From positions 2,689 through 66,688 of the forward strand of contig CAZEGV010000002.1 of the NCBI GenBank assembly GCA_964511645.1: a stretch of 64,000 nucleotides of DNA, read 5' to 3'. The position numbers and the translations under genes were made by a program. Source of the stretch: an uncultured Cytophagales bacterium (lineage in GTDB: Bacteria; Bacteroidota; Bacteroidia; Cytophagales; JAAEPT01). A model generated the notes under the pieces. That model was not told the origin of the DNA and ran no database searches. It saw only the letters and a list, made by a program, of their open reading frames with translations. Below, in pieces: positions 20,270-29,320 of this stretch. The stretch's first letter is position 1. The number at the start of each line of letters is the position of its first letter.

Positions 20270-20883
20270 ATGAAATATATTATAGAAAAATTTTACACAG
20301 CATTTGGGGATTTAGATGCGGATAAAATGATTGAATGTTATCATCCAGAGGTCATTTTTGAATGATCCAGCATTTGGGGTTCTGAAATAAGAGCGAGCAA
20401 AAGAAATGTGGAAAATGTTATACCATTTTAACTATAAGACAAGTCATTTATCCTGTTTGTTTTTACACTCTCTTCGTTAAAATAATTTACCGTAACCAGT
20501 TATGCTAAATCATTTTTCCTCGATTTTGCAAAAAACAATTCAATCTAAATTAGACTCATATTATAGTTAAACTGGTATTATGCCATTCTCAAAAAGAAAA
20601 AGATTTTAAAATTACTTTTTCGGATGTAAAATGTGAGAGCGAAAAAGGAACTGCAAATTGGAATGCTTACTATACGTTTAGCCAAACAGGAAGAAAAGTA
20701 CATAATGAGATTTTGGCTTCTTTTGAGTTTAAGGATGGCTTAATTATTAAACATACGGATAGTTTTGATCTCCATAAGTGGGCAAAACAAGCGATGGGTC
20801 TCAAGGGATGGTTACTTGGGAGTACTTCTTTTTTTAGGACTCAACTACAACAAAAAACAAATAGTTTACTTGATAAGTTTTAA
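20270..20883 (+). pseudogene. NTF2/SnoaL-like protein gene, disrupted by a frameshift, a stop codon and a MITE
   Basis: MKYIIEKFYTAFGDLDADKMIECYHPEVIFE is followed by TGA at 20363. The +1 frame gives DPAFGVLK, then TAA at 20388-20390, then ERAKEMWKML. After removing 20421-20577 plus one TTA, the frame continues CHSQKEKDFKITFSD...SLLDKF to the stop at 20883. Confidence 0.75.
20421..20577. mobile_element. 157-bp non-autonomous element (MITE) with terminal inverted repeats and TTA target-site duplication
   Basis: Left end is TACCATTTTAACTATAAGACAAGTC; the reverse complement of the right end is TACCAGTTTAACTATAATATGAGTC (21/25 identical). TTA flanks both sides at 20418-20420 and 20578-20580. There is no ORF inside, and excision restores the host reading frame. 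Confidence 0.75.
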
Positions 20884-20929
20884 CTAAGGGAGGTGTAGCT
20901 TTCTAGTGTCAAAATAGATTAATGTAAAC

Positions 20930-21084
20930 GCAAAAGGGATTGAAGTGGAAATCCTTTGTTGTTTTTTTGTTCTGTATTTCGACAAACTCAATATGACACA
21001 AAAAAAACAACAAAGATTGGGAACGAGAAAGCCCGACCGAATATATGGCGTAGCGTGAGCGTAGTCATGTATTGGGGGTTTGCC
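20930..21084 (+). repeat. Structured interspersed repeat, copy A
   Basis: Shares ordered conserved blocks with 40602-40740 and 53700-53884. Long A/T-rich hairpin 20950-20969 / 20999-21018; closing helix GCAAA/TTTGC. Confidence 0.75.
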
Positions 21085-22566
21085 CTAATATTTTATTTTA
21101 TTAATGAAGTATATTTTTCTTTTCTTTTTATCGGCTTCTTTATTTTTTATCTTTTGATAGCCTGTTACGATGTAATAATCGTCATACCAGTAGCTAATGC
21201 CTGTACTTGTTGTGTATTTTACTTTGTCGTTTTCACTAAGGGTTTCAATTACCGATATAGACTCATCTCTCATTGTTTTTCCGTCGTCCGAAAAGGTTTT
21301 GAAATAGATAAATGATTTTCCTGAATAAGATAGTTCTAGGTTATCATTTTCATCTACTGATTTCCTAATAAATCGTTTCACAAAAAATGGTTTGTAATCA
21401 ACATGCATCTTGAATATATTGGTCCATTCTATATCGCCTTCTTTAGTAATGGAGGAAACCAGGGCATGAGTATATAAATATCCGTCAAACACTCTTTTCG
21501 TTTTTGTGACCGATTGCCCATTTACGTAAGTAGTGTAGTGTTCCGTCCTGTAAGTGGGGACATAAAATTCAGAAACCACATAGCTTTTATTCTCTGTAAG
21601 GTAAAACCCATGTGTGGTGGCTAAGAATTTTCCATAAAGCTCTTTTCCTTTTTTTTCTTTTTTAGCTTTCTTTTTCTCAACCTTCTTTTGTCTTTTTTCT
21701 GACAAGTATTCTGTGAAATGTTCTAAATCTAAAAAGTTATGGTATTTCAATGCACTTGTTTTCCCTGCCGCAGACAATCTCCCTGTAAAAAAACCTTGAC
21801 TGTAACCTTTTCTGCTTCTAAGAGAGTAAGTCCCACTTATTAGGTATGAACCATCGTTATTGTTACTTAACCTTAAGTCTGTGATTTGTTTTTTTTCTCC
21901 CAAGTCAAATGAAAGGGGTTTTCCGATTAGTTTTGCGTGTGCATCATATTTAAAAACCAAGTGTTTATATCCTCCTTCATCTGCTTTTACTTCAAATTGT
22001 ATATGATATTCATCATCGTGCTTACCGTAAGCATCAAGATGAGGCTTTTTATACCCTGAAACGGGAAGAGCAACATCTTTGTATTTCCCTGTTTTTAAAT
22101 CAAAGCTACGTATAAAGTAGTTTTTATTCGCTTTTATAAATGCGATTAATCGTTCTTCCATCATAGAAAAACTTAGTACCGCTGATTTTTTAGGTAATAC
22201 TCCAGAAAACATTTTAGTCCCTCCTGTTTTTCTACTCACGCTTAATTTATAGGAACCTTTTTTAGAATAATTTAAGTAAACAATTTTATTTGAACTTGCG
22301 GATGATTTTCCTCGTTTTAATTTATGAGGAATTACATTTATAATTGTTTTGACAGGGTTGAGTTGACTGTCCACCCATACAATATGTCTTTCGTAATTTT
22401 TGTTTTCACCTTCTGTGTAATAGCTTATGGCACCTGTTTTGTCACTAAATACAGTAAAACTACGGTGTTTTTCAGATTCAATTCTCTTTACTAATTTTAT
22501 TTGTGCATTTGTACTCATCCACGAAAGGATGAAAAATAGACTGAAAATAGTTTTTAAATTTTTCAT
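21085..22566 (-). CDS. Secreted protein of unknown function with an internal Lys-rich segment
   Basis: Signal peptide MKNLKTIFSLFFILSWMSTNAQ; beta-rich composition; EKRQKKVEKKKAKKEKKGKE insert; no recognisable domain. Confidence 0.6.
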   Translation of the reverse strand: MKNLKTIFSLFFILSWMSTNAQIKLVKRIESEKHRSFTVFSDKTGAISYYTEGENKNYERHIVWVDSQLNPVKTIINVIPHKLKRGKSSASSNKIVYLNYSKKGSYKLSVSRKTGGTKMFSGVLPKKSAVLSFSMMEERLIAFIKANKNYFIRSFDLKTGKYKDVALPVSGYKKPHLDAYGKHDDEYHIQFEVKADEGGYKHLVFKYDAHAKLIGKPLSFDLGEKKQITDLRLSNNNDGSYLISGTYSLRSRKGYSQGFFTGRLSAAGKTSALKYHNFLDLEHFTEYLSEKRQKKVEKKKAKKEKKGKELYGKFLATTHGFYLTENKSYVVSEFYVPTYRTEHYTTYVNGQSVTKTKRVFDGYLYTHALVSSITKEGDIEWTNIFKMHVDYKPFFVKRFIRKSVDENDNLELSYSGKSFIYFKTFSDDGKTMRDESISVIETLSENDKVKYTTSTGISYWYDDYYIVTGYQKIKNKEADKKKRKIYFINKIKY

Positions 22567-22578
22567 GATAATGATTTT

Positions 22579-23277
22579 TTATTTAAATACTTCACTTAGG
22601 ACATCGAGTGAATTAATTTTATCTAATGAGCTGATAAATGTGCTGTAGTATTGTAACACAAAGCGTAGTAAAGAGTTACGAGAATTGCTGTTTAAAGAAA
22701 ACTGTTCGTTAAAGTTGCAAATTCTTAGTGCATTAAGTAATTGTAGTTCTTGAGTAGAAGGAATGTCTTTTTCAGTAATTTTTAAATTATTTTTGACTGC
22801 CATTAATGCAGTATTTCCCTCAAAGTCAAAGCCTAAGTAATTAGTTAGTTGAATTAAAAAGATGAGATGAAAATTTTCAATATTAGCTTCTGCTTTACTG
22901 AAATAGATTAACGAGCGATTGATGAAGTCAAATAATTGATAATCTTGCTCTTCTTCGTGTATTAAGGCTTTGTTAAGTACTTCAGATAGGAATAATAAAA
23001 TACTTGTTTTGGAGATATTTGGTAAAACAATAAACGAAGATGGATGAAATTTTGCTTCTGAAATGCGATTGATGTTGGCGTTACTTCTTTCGTATACTAA
23101 CAAGTCCAAAATAGACATAGGGCGGTAAAGTGCCGCTTTGTTTTTACTCTTGGCAGATCGTACAGAGTTAATGATGTAGCTTTTAGTGCCTAACTCACGG
23201 GTGTATATTCGTGATATAATAGATGATTCTTTGTATTTGAGGGTGCTTAAAACTATTCCACTTGTCTTGCGAAGCAT
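22579..23277 (-). CDS. recO: DNA repair protein RecO
   Basis: Size and N-terminal OB-fold pattern (GIVL...KY.ESS.I...YT.E.G). Confidence 0.75.
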   Translation of the reverse strand: MLRKTSGIVLSTLKYKESSIISRIYTRELGTKSYIINSVRSAKSKNKAALYRPMSILDLLVYERSNANINRISEAKFHPSSFIVLPNISKTSILLFLSEVLNKALIHEEEQDYQLFDFINRSLIYFSKAEANIENFHLIFLIQLTNYLGFDFEGNTALMAVKNNLKITEKDIPSTQELQLLNALRICNFNEQFSLNSNSRNSLLRFVLQYYSTFISSLDKINSLDVLSEVFK

Positions 23278-23281
23278 ATTG

Positions 23282-25540
23282 TTATTCTACTACAGCAAAT
23301 TTAGTCACAAAACGATCTTCTCCAGTAAGGGATGAGCTAAGCACCAAGTATATACCAGTTTTGATTTTTTCTCCATTAATATCTCGTCCATTCCAAACTA
23401 CTTGACCACCTTCGGCATTAGTTTCATAAACTAATCTGCCTGCCATGTCTGTGATTTTAACTAAAGCATCAGTTGCTAATCCTCTTATGCCGATAAGTCC
23501 ATCGTAATTAGGGAGTACAGGGTTTGGGAATACTTCTACATTATCATGTAATTCAGTTGACTCAGTTGCTTCTGCCCAGTATGAGGCAATACCTCTATCG
23601 GTGACAAAAAATACTTCTCCTGTTTTATTATTTACAATAATATCTTTAATTACATTAGAGGGTAGGGGACTGTTATTTGTATTAAAATTGTAAATAATAT
23701 CTTCTCCATTATCGTTAAATAGAAATACACCGTTATTAGTGCCGAACCATTTTCTATTAGCACCATCTACAATGATTGAGGTAACTTCTTCGTCTTGTAA
23801 TAATGGTCTTCCTCCTACGATAGGTTTATGAGCCTTATAAATGCTTTTGTCAAATATACTCGATGTTTCTCGAAATACTGCCACTCCTTGTCCTGTCGCC
23901 ATCCATACGTCATTATTTTTGTCGATGTCAAACTCTTTTACTTTCCAGTGAGGAAGTTTGCCATTATTTGGATCATTATTCAGGTATCGTTCTTGTTTTG
24001 TTTTAGGATTAAAATAAATCATACCACTTGTTGCACTAACACCACCAAGCATCACCCAAACGTTGTCATTTTGGTCTATTTTAATGTCTTCGGGTAAAGT
24101 AGACCGTGATGTTTTTAGTAAAAATGAATCCCAAGAACCATCTGCATTCATTCTATGAATAGATTCTTTTCCTCTAGTTTCATGATTACAAACCCACATG
24201 TCTCCATTGTTACCCATACTCATACCGAGTACTTTAGTCCACTGAGAGCTTAATAATGCTGATACCAATGGAGAATTTACAGAGTCAATAATAGTAAAAT
24301 CATCACTACTACCATCCCATTCAAGTATTCCGCCTCGCATACAAGAAATATAATATTTTCCTCTAGCAGGGTTGTACAAAACGTCAATAGCATTAAAAAC
24401 TTTTTTACTAGACATGTTTACATCTGTAGTTTTCCATTTACCATTATATTGATGTACAATGACGTTATTACCGCTGGGTACATAGTTGTTGTGCTTTCCT
24501 CCGGTAATAAATATTCTACCATTACCATAACTTGCTTTCCAAATTTCATCATTCTCTGGTCCATTGGGCTTGATTCTTGTTGTGCCATTTCCAAGTTCTA
24601 ACTTTGTGAGTCCTGACCAATTATTACCCCCCCAGTATAAACCATTTTTGTCTTTTAATAAATCATTGGCATTGTGATATTTATCGGTTGTTGTAATCGA
24701 AGTGATGTCTTGTGTGCCATTTATTTCATACACTTCGTTGTTGTAGGTACAAAGTAAAACATTATTACTTGTACGTAAATGATGAATTGTTTTAGTAGGA
24801 AGGTTGTTTACAAGATTAAACTGATTATTGGTGTAATATTGTACTTTTCCAGTTTCATCAGCTATATATAATGTGTCATGAAGGATGTCTATGTCAACTA
24901 TATTAGCATTAGAGATTAACGATTTCCAATTGACTACATCTAATAAGTTGTACTGTCCTTGTCTATTGGCTGTTTGTATGCCTTCACTTGTATGAATGAA
25001 TAATGAGTCCTGACTAAGTGTAGTTTTGTGAACGATAACTTCCGCCCCGCCATTCCCAATATTACGATATGTTTCTTTAATTTCTTGACGAGAAATATCT
25101 AAAACAACCAAGCCAAAGTCACTACTTAGGTAGGCTAATCCTTTACTTGTAGAGATATGATTAATGCCCTTACTTCCTGTGATATTACTAGTAAATATAT
25201 CATTTATATTGGTGATGTTATGCCCTGTTATCAAGTCAATATTGCCATCAGTATAGGCTACAATAATAGTTTGAGATTGTTGGTCATATCCAATTGCTGA
25301 AAAACGATTACCGCTTAAGCCGTCTACTCGGTTAATCTCATGATGAATATTCTCTGATTTATCATAAAAAAATAAACTATATTCAGTAATGACATATATT
25401 CTATTATTGACTTCTATAACTTGTTTGAGATCAAAAAAGAAGTTATGTGTTCGCCATTTTCCAAGTCCAAAGTCTTGAGACTGAGTATAACTCAACAAAC
25501 ACAAAGAGATAAAAAAGAAAAGATGTTTAATTATTTTCAT
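23282..25540 (-). CDS. Double beta-propeller protein with T9SS C-terminal sorting domain (PorZ-like)
   Basis: Signal peptide, two-component-regulator-propeller-type repeats, and a C-terminal FPNPV....GIYLV...KF.V CTD. The PorZ assignment rests on architecture only. Confidence 0.55.
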   Translation of the reverse strand: MKIIKHLFFFISLCLLSYTQSQDFGLGKWRTHNFFFDLKQVIEVNNRIYVITEYSLFFYDKSENIHHEINRVDGLSGNRFSAIGYDQQSQTIIVAYTDGNIDLITGHNITNINDIFTSNITGSKGINHISTSKGLAYLSSDFGLVVLDISRQEIKETYRNIGNGGAEVIVHKTTLSQDSLFIHTSEGIQTANRQGQYNLLDVVNWKSLISNANIVDIDILHDTLYIADETGKVQYYTNNQFNLVNNLPTKTIHHLRTSNNVLLCTYNNEVYEINGTQDITSITTTDKYHNANDLLKDKNGLYWGGNNWSGLTKLELGNGTTRIKPNGPENDEIWKASYGNGRIFITGGKHNNYVPSGNNVIVHQYNGKWKTTDVNMSSKKVFNAIDVLYNPARGKYYISCMRGGILEWDGSSDDFTIIDSVNSPLVSALLSSQWTKVLGMSMGNNGDMWVCNHETRGKESIHRMNADGSWDSFLLKTSRSTLPEDIKIDQNDNVWVMLGGVSATSGMIYFNPKTKQERYLNNDPNNGKLPHWKVKEFDIDKNNDVWMATGQGVAVFRETSSIFDKSIYKAHKPIVGGRPLLQDEEVTSIIVDGANRKWFGTNNGVFLFNDNGEDIIYNFNTNNSPLPSNVIKDIIVNNKTGEVFFVTDRGIASYWAEATESTELHDNVEVFPNPVLPNYDGLIGIRGLATDALVKITDMAGRLVYETNAEGGQVVWNGRDINGEKIKTGIYLVLSSSLTGEDRFVTKFAVVE

Positions 25541-25627
25541 ACTTTTATTACGGTATAACTCACTATCTAGTAGTATAACAAAATAAACAAGGTTTTATTG
25601 TGTTTGATTCAAGAATAGAGTTTAAAG

Positions 25628-25655
25628 AAAAAAGCTACTCGTTTGAGTAGCTTTT
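25628..25655 (-). terminator. Intrinsic terminator downstream of tRNA-Cys
   Basis: AAAAGCTACTC-gttt-GAGTAGCTTTT; on the minus strand it is followed by a T-run. Confidence 0.7.
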
Positions 25656-25659
25656 GAAG

Positions 25660-25730
25660 AGGCGTCTGGCGGATTCGAACCGCCGTAGATGGTTTTGCAG
25701 ACCACTGCCTAGCCACTCGGCCAAGACGCC
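25660..25730 (-). tRNA. tRNA-Cys (GCA)
   Basis: The reverse complement folds as a cloverleaf: acceptor GGCGTCT/AGACGCC, anticodon loop CTGCAAA, T-arm GGCGG-TTCGAAT-CCGCC. 71 nt, no encoded CCA. Confidence 0.92.
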
Positions 25731-25757
25731 TTATTGTACAAAAGTAGATAAAATCTA

Positions 25758-27086
25758 TTACATTCCAAGCATACTTGCTAATCCTTTTTTCTGACCAGTT
25801 GACATCTTGTTCATCTTTTTCATCATTTTTCGCATATCACCAAACTGACGCATCAATTGATTGACTTGCTTCATATCTGTCCCACTTCCTTGTGCAAGAC
25901 GTTTACGTCTACTACCATCAATGATGTCTGGATTACTCCTTTCGGTTGGCGTCATAGACTTAATGATAGACTCTATAGGTCCAAATGCATTATCGTCTAC
26001 TTCCACTCCTTTCATCGCTTTACCTACTCCGGGTATCATGCCTACAAGATCTTTGAGATTCCCCATTTTTTTGATTTGGTCAAGTTGGGTAAGAAAGTCA
26101 TTAAAATCAAATTGATTTTTACTGATTTTTTTATTCAGCTTACGAGTTTCTTCTTCGTCAAATGCGTGCTGAGCACGTTCCACCAACGATACAACATCTC
26201 CCATGCCGAGGATACGTTGTGCCATTCTATCAGGATGAAAGAGGTCAATAGCCTCCATTTTTTCTCCTGTAGAAATGAATTTGATAGGTTTCTCAACAAC
26301 TGCACGAATAGATAATGCCGAACCACCTCTAGCATCACCATCTAGTTTAGTAAGTACTACTCCGTCAAAATTAATTTTTTCATTAAAAGCTTTAGCGGTA
26401 TTAACGGCATCTTGTCCCGTCATAGCATCTACTACGAATAATGTTTCGTTAGGATTTAACGCTTCTTTAATCCGAGCAATCTCATCCATCATTGCTTCAT
26501 CTACTGCTAGTCGACCAGCAGTGTCAACAATAAGGATATTAGCCTGTATGTCCTTGGCGTGTTTGAGTGCATTAGTAGCAATGTTTACAGGGTTTTTGTT
26601 CTCTTCATCAGCATATACGTCTATGCCGAGTTGCTCTCCCAATACTTTTAGTTGAGTAATTGCTGCAGGACGATAAACGTCACAGGCTGCGAATAATACT
26701 TTTTTGTTTTTGTTTTTATAAAAATTACCTAATTTCCCTGTAAAAGTAGTTTTACCAGAACCTTGTAACCCAGACATCAAAATAACTGTTGGATTCCCTT
26801 TGTCGTTAACAGCAACGTGCTCACCACCCATTAGGGTCGTCAGTTCATCACTGGTGATTTTGGTAAATAATTGCCCTGGACTTACAGAGTTGATTACATT
26901 TTGACCTAATGCAGCATCTTTAATTCGGTCAGTAACTGATTTGGCAACCTTGTAATTAACATCAGCATCAATCAGCACACGACGAATTTCTTTTACCGTT
27001 TGTGCGATGTTGATTTCTGTTATTTTACCTTGACCTTTAAGGGTTTTAAAAGCCGTTTCTAATTTTGAACTTAAATTATCAAACAT
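25758..27086 (-). CDS. ffh: Signal recognition particle protein
   Basis: GLQGSGKTT, DTAGR and TKLDGD GTPase motifs, with a Met-rich C-terminal M domain. Confidence 0.95.
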   Translation of the reverse strand: MFDNLSSKLETAFKTLKGQGKITEINIAQTVKEIRRVLIDADVNYKVAKSVTDRIKDAALGQNVINSVSPGQLFTKITSDELTTLMGGEHVAVNDKGNPTVILMSGLQGSGKTTFTGKLGNFYKNKNKKVLFAACDVYRPAAITQLKVLGEQLGIDVYADEENKNPVNIATNALKHAKDIQANILIVDTAGRLAVDEAMMDEIARIKEALNPNETLFVVDAMTGQDAVNTAKAFNEKINFDGVVLTKLDGDARGGSALSIRAVVEKPIKFISTGEKMEAIDLFHPDRMAQRILGMGDVVSLVERAQHAFDEEETRKLNKKISKNQFDFNDFLTQLDQIKKMGNLKDLVGMIPGVGKAMKGVEVDDNAFGPIESIIKSMTPTERSNPDIIDGSRRKRLAQGSGTDMKQVNQLMRQFGDMRKMMKKMNKMSTGQKKGLASMLGM

Positions 27087-27140
27087 AATGTTTTACTTGT
27101 AGACTGCAAATATACAAGATAATCTTGTTAACCACAAGAA

Positions 27141-28691
27141 TCATTTAGATCCCCATCCTTCTCTGTCGAGACTTCTGTATTGAATAGCTTCTGCAATGTG
27201 TTGGGCTTGGATGTTATCACTGCCTTCTAAGTCGGCAATAGTACGGGATACTTTCAAAATCCTATCGTAAGCACGAGAGGAAAGTCCTAAGCGTTCGATA
27301 GCTGTTTTGAGTAATGTCTTGCTGACTTGGTCTAGTTGACAAATGTCTTTCGTGACTTTAGGAGGCATCATTGCGTTAGAATAAATGCTTTCACTTAATT
27401 CTAAGTTTTTGAATCTTTTTTCTTGAATATTTCGGGCGTTAATAACACGTGTGCGAATGGTTTCACTTTTCTCGTTTTTTTTGTCAGAAGTGATTTTTTC
27501 AAAAGATACAGGGTTTACTTCTATGTGGATGTCAATCCTGTCTAATAAAGGACCGCTTACTTTACTTAAGTATTTTTGTACGGACATTAGAGAGTCTGGA
27601 TGCGTACCATCTGCTCGATAAAAATCTCCCGAGGGGCTAGGATTCATACTTGCTACTAACATAAAGTTAGCAGGAAATTCTACACTTGCCCTGGCCCTTG
27701 ATATTGTTACTTTTCTTTCCTCTAAAGGTTGTCGTAAAACTTCTAATACCGTTCGTTTAAATTCAGGTAATTCATCTAAGAATAAAATTCCGTTATGTGC
27801 TAAAGATATTTGACCAGGCTGAGGAATGTTGCCACCGCCTACTAATGCTACATCACTTGTGGTATGGTGTGGTGCTGCAAAGGGACGCATTGCAATTAAC
27901 CCCTTTGTTTTATCAAGCTTTCCTACTACCGAGTATATTTTGGTGGTTTCTAAAGCTTCGTTAAGACTGAGTGGAGGTAAAATTGTCGGTAACCTTCTTG
28001 CTAACATTGTTTTTCCTGATCCTGGAGGTCCAACCATAATGATGTTATGACCTCCCGCTGCGGCTACTTCTAATGCTCTTTTTACACTTTCGTGTCCTTG
28101 TACATCCGAAAAATCAGCATCGTAATTGTTTAAGTTGTAATAGAATAAATCACGAGTATCTCGTACTAATGGCTCTATACTTGTAGGGTCTTCACAGAAC
28201 AAAATAGCTTGTGCTAAACTTTCTACAGGAATGATGTCTAAATCATTTACAACTGCAGCTTCTTCGGCATTTTCTTTTGGTAAAATAAAGCCTTTAAATC
28301 CTTGTTGACGTGCTTCAATAGCAATGGGCAATGCACCTTTTATAGGACGTAATAATCCGTCTAAAGATAATTCTCCTAATATTAAATAGTCTTTTAAATG
28401 AGATGATACGACTTGCTCAGATGCTTGTAAAATACCTAAAGCAATCGGTAAATCGAATGAAGAGCCTTCTTTTTTGACGTCAGCAGGCGCCATGTTGACA
28501 ATAGTTTTATGGCGAGGCATTCTGTAGCTGAGGTATTTGATAGCAGATTCTATACGATGCTCGCTTTCTTTTATGGCACTATCGGGTAGCCCAACCATAA
28601 AGACTCCTTTTCCTTGAGTAATGTTGACTTCAATCGTTATTAGTGATGCGTCTACTCCAGATACTGTACTGCCATAAGTCTTTGCTAGCAT
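27141..28691 (-). CDS. comM: YifB/ComM family Mg-chelatase-like AAA+ ATPase
   Basis: N-terminal Lon-like domain, Walker [18 protein letters not shown]. Confidence 0.85.
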   Translation of the reverse strand: MLAKTYGSTVSGVDASLITIEVNITQGKGVFMVGLPDSAIKESEHRIESAIKYLSYRMPRHKTIVNMAPADVKKEGSSFDLPIALGILQASEQVVSSHLKDYLILGELSLDGLLRPIKGALPIAIEARQQGFKGFILPKENAEEAAVVNDLDIIPVESLAQAILFCEDPTSIEPLVRDTRDLFYYNLNNYDADFSDVQGHESVKRALEVAAAGGHNIIMVGPPGSGKTMLARRLPTILPPLSLNEALETTKIYSVVGKLDKTKGLIAMRPFAAPHHTTSDVALVGGGNIPQPGQISLAHNGILFLDELPEFKRTVLEVLRQPLEERKVTISRARASVEFPANFMLVASMNPSPSGDFYRADGTHPDSLMSVQKYLSKVSGPLLDRIDIHIEVNPVSFEKITSDKKNEKSETIRTRVINARNIQEKRFKNLELSESIYSNAMMPPKVTKDICQLDQVSKTLLKTAIERLGLSSRAYDRILKVSRTIADLEGSDNIQAQHIAEAIQYRSLDREGWGSK

Positions 28692-29266
28692 GCCATTTCT
28701 TTTTCTATTAGTAGGATCAAAATATGAATGATCTTGATGTGGATTTCTTGTACTCTATCTGCAAATCCTTGGTGAGGCACTCTGATTTCAACATCTGCAA
28801 AATCACTTAGTTCACCACCGTGCTTACCTGTAAGGGCGATTACTGAGATGCCTTTTTGTTTGGCTAATTCCGCTGCTTTTAATACGTTTTTAGAATTCCC
28901 ACTAGTGCTAATGGCAAGTAATACATCTCCTTTTTGTCCCATCGCATTTACAAAGCGAGAAAAAACAGAATCATAACCATAATCATTACCTACACAAGTA
29001 AGGTACGAGGCATCTGAAATAGCAATAGCGGGCATTGCCTCTCTGTCTTCTCTGAACCTACCTAACATCTCTTCTGCAAAATGAGAGGCGTCACAGTTAC
29101 TACCACCATTACCACACGAGATCACTTTTTTTTCAGCTTGAATGGCTTTGACAATAACTTGAGCAGCATCTGCAATGTCCTGAATATTTTGTTCGTTATT
29201 TATGAACTGATTCAGTACGCTTGCAGACTCTTGTAGTTGGTTGAGGATTATTTCTTTATTTGTCAT
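28685..29266 (-). CDS. gmhA: SIS-domain phosphoheptose isomerase (GmhA/DiaA-like)
   Basis: [15 protein letters not shown] and ISTSGNS motifs; overlaps comM by 7 nt. Confidence 0.7.
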   Translation of the reverse strand: MTNKEIILNQLQESASVLNQFINNEQNIQDIADAAQVIVKAIQAEKKVISCGNGGSNCDASHFAEEMLGRFREDREAMPAIAISDASYLTCVGNDYGYDSVFSRFVNAMGQKGDVLLAISTSGNSKNVLKAAELAKQKGISVIALTGKHGGELSDFADVEIRVPHQGFADRVQEIHIKIIHILILLIEKEMAC

Positions 29267-29320
29267 TTTTAATTTATCATTCCTATAAAAGCAATGTATA
29301 TAAATTTGTAGAACAATCCC

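Noticed and set aside
20956-21315. 119-aa plus-strand ORF running through repeat copy A into the antisense of the 493-aa gene
   Set aside because: It begins inside the structured repeat and then overlaps a much longer, better-supported ORF on the other strand. The matching ORF over copy C (53684..53902) is in another frame and its peptide is not conserved. Both are artefacts of the repeat.
24627-24633. C7 tract in the PorZ-like gene, and a G7 tract in murQ (46253-46259), as possible phase-variation switches in a low-GC genome
   Set aside because: Seven-nucleotide tracts are below the length usually associated with slipped-strand switching. They encode conserved Gly-Gly dipeptides (WGGN, AGGD).
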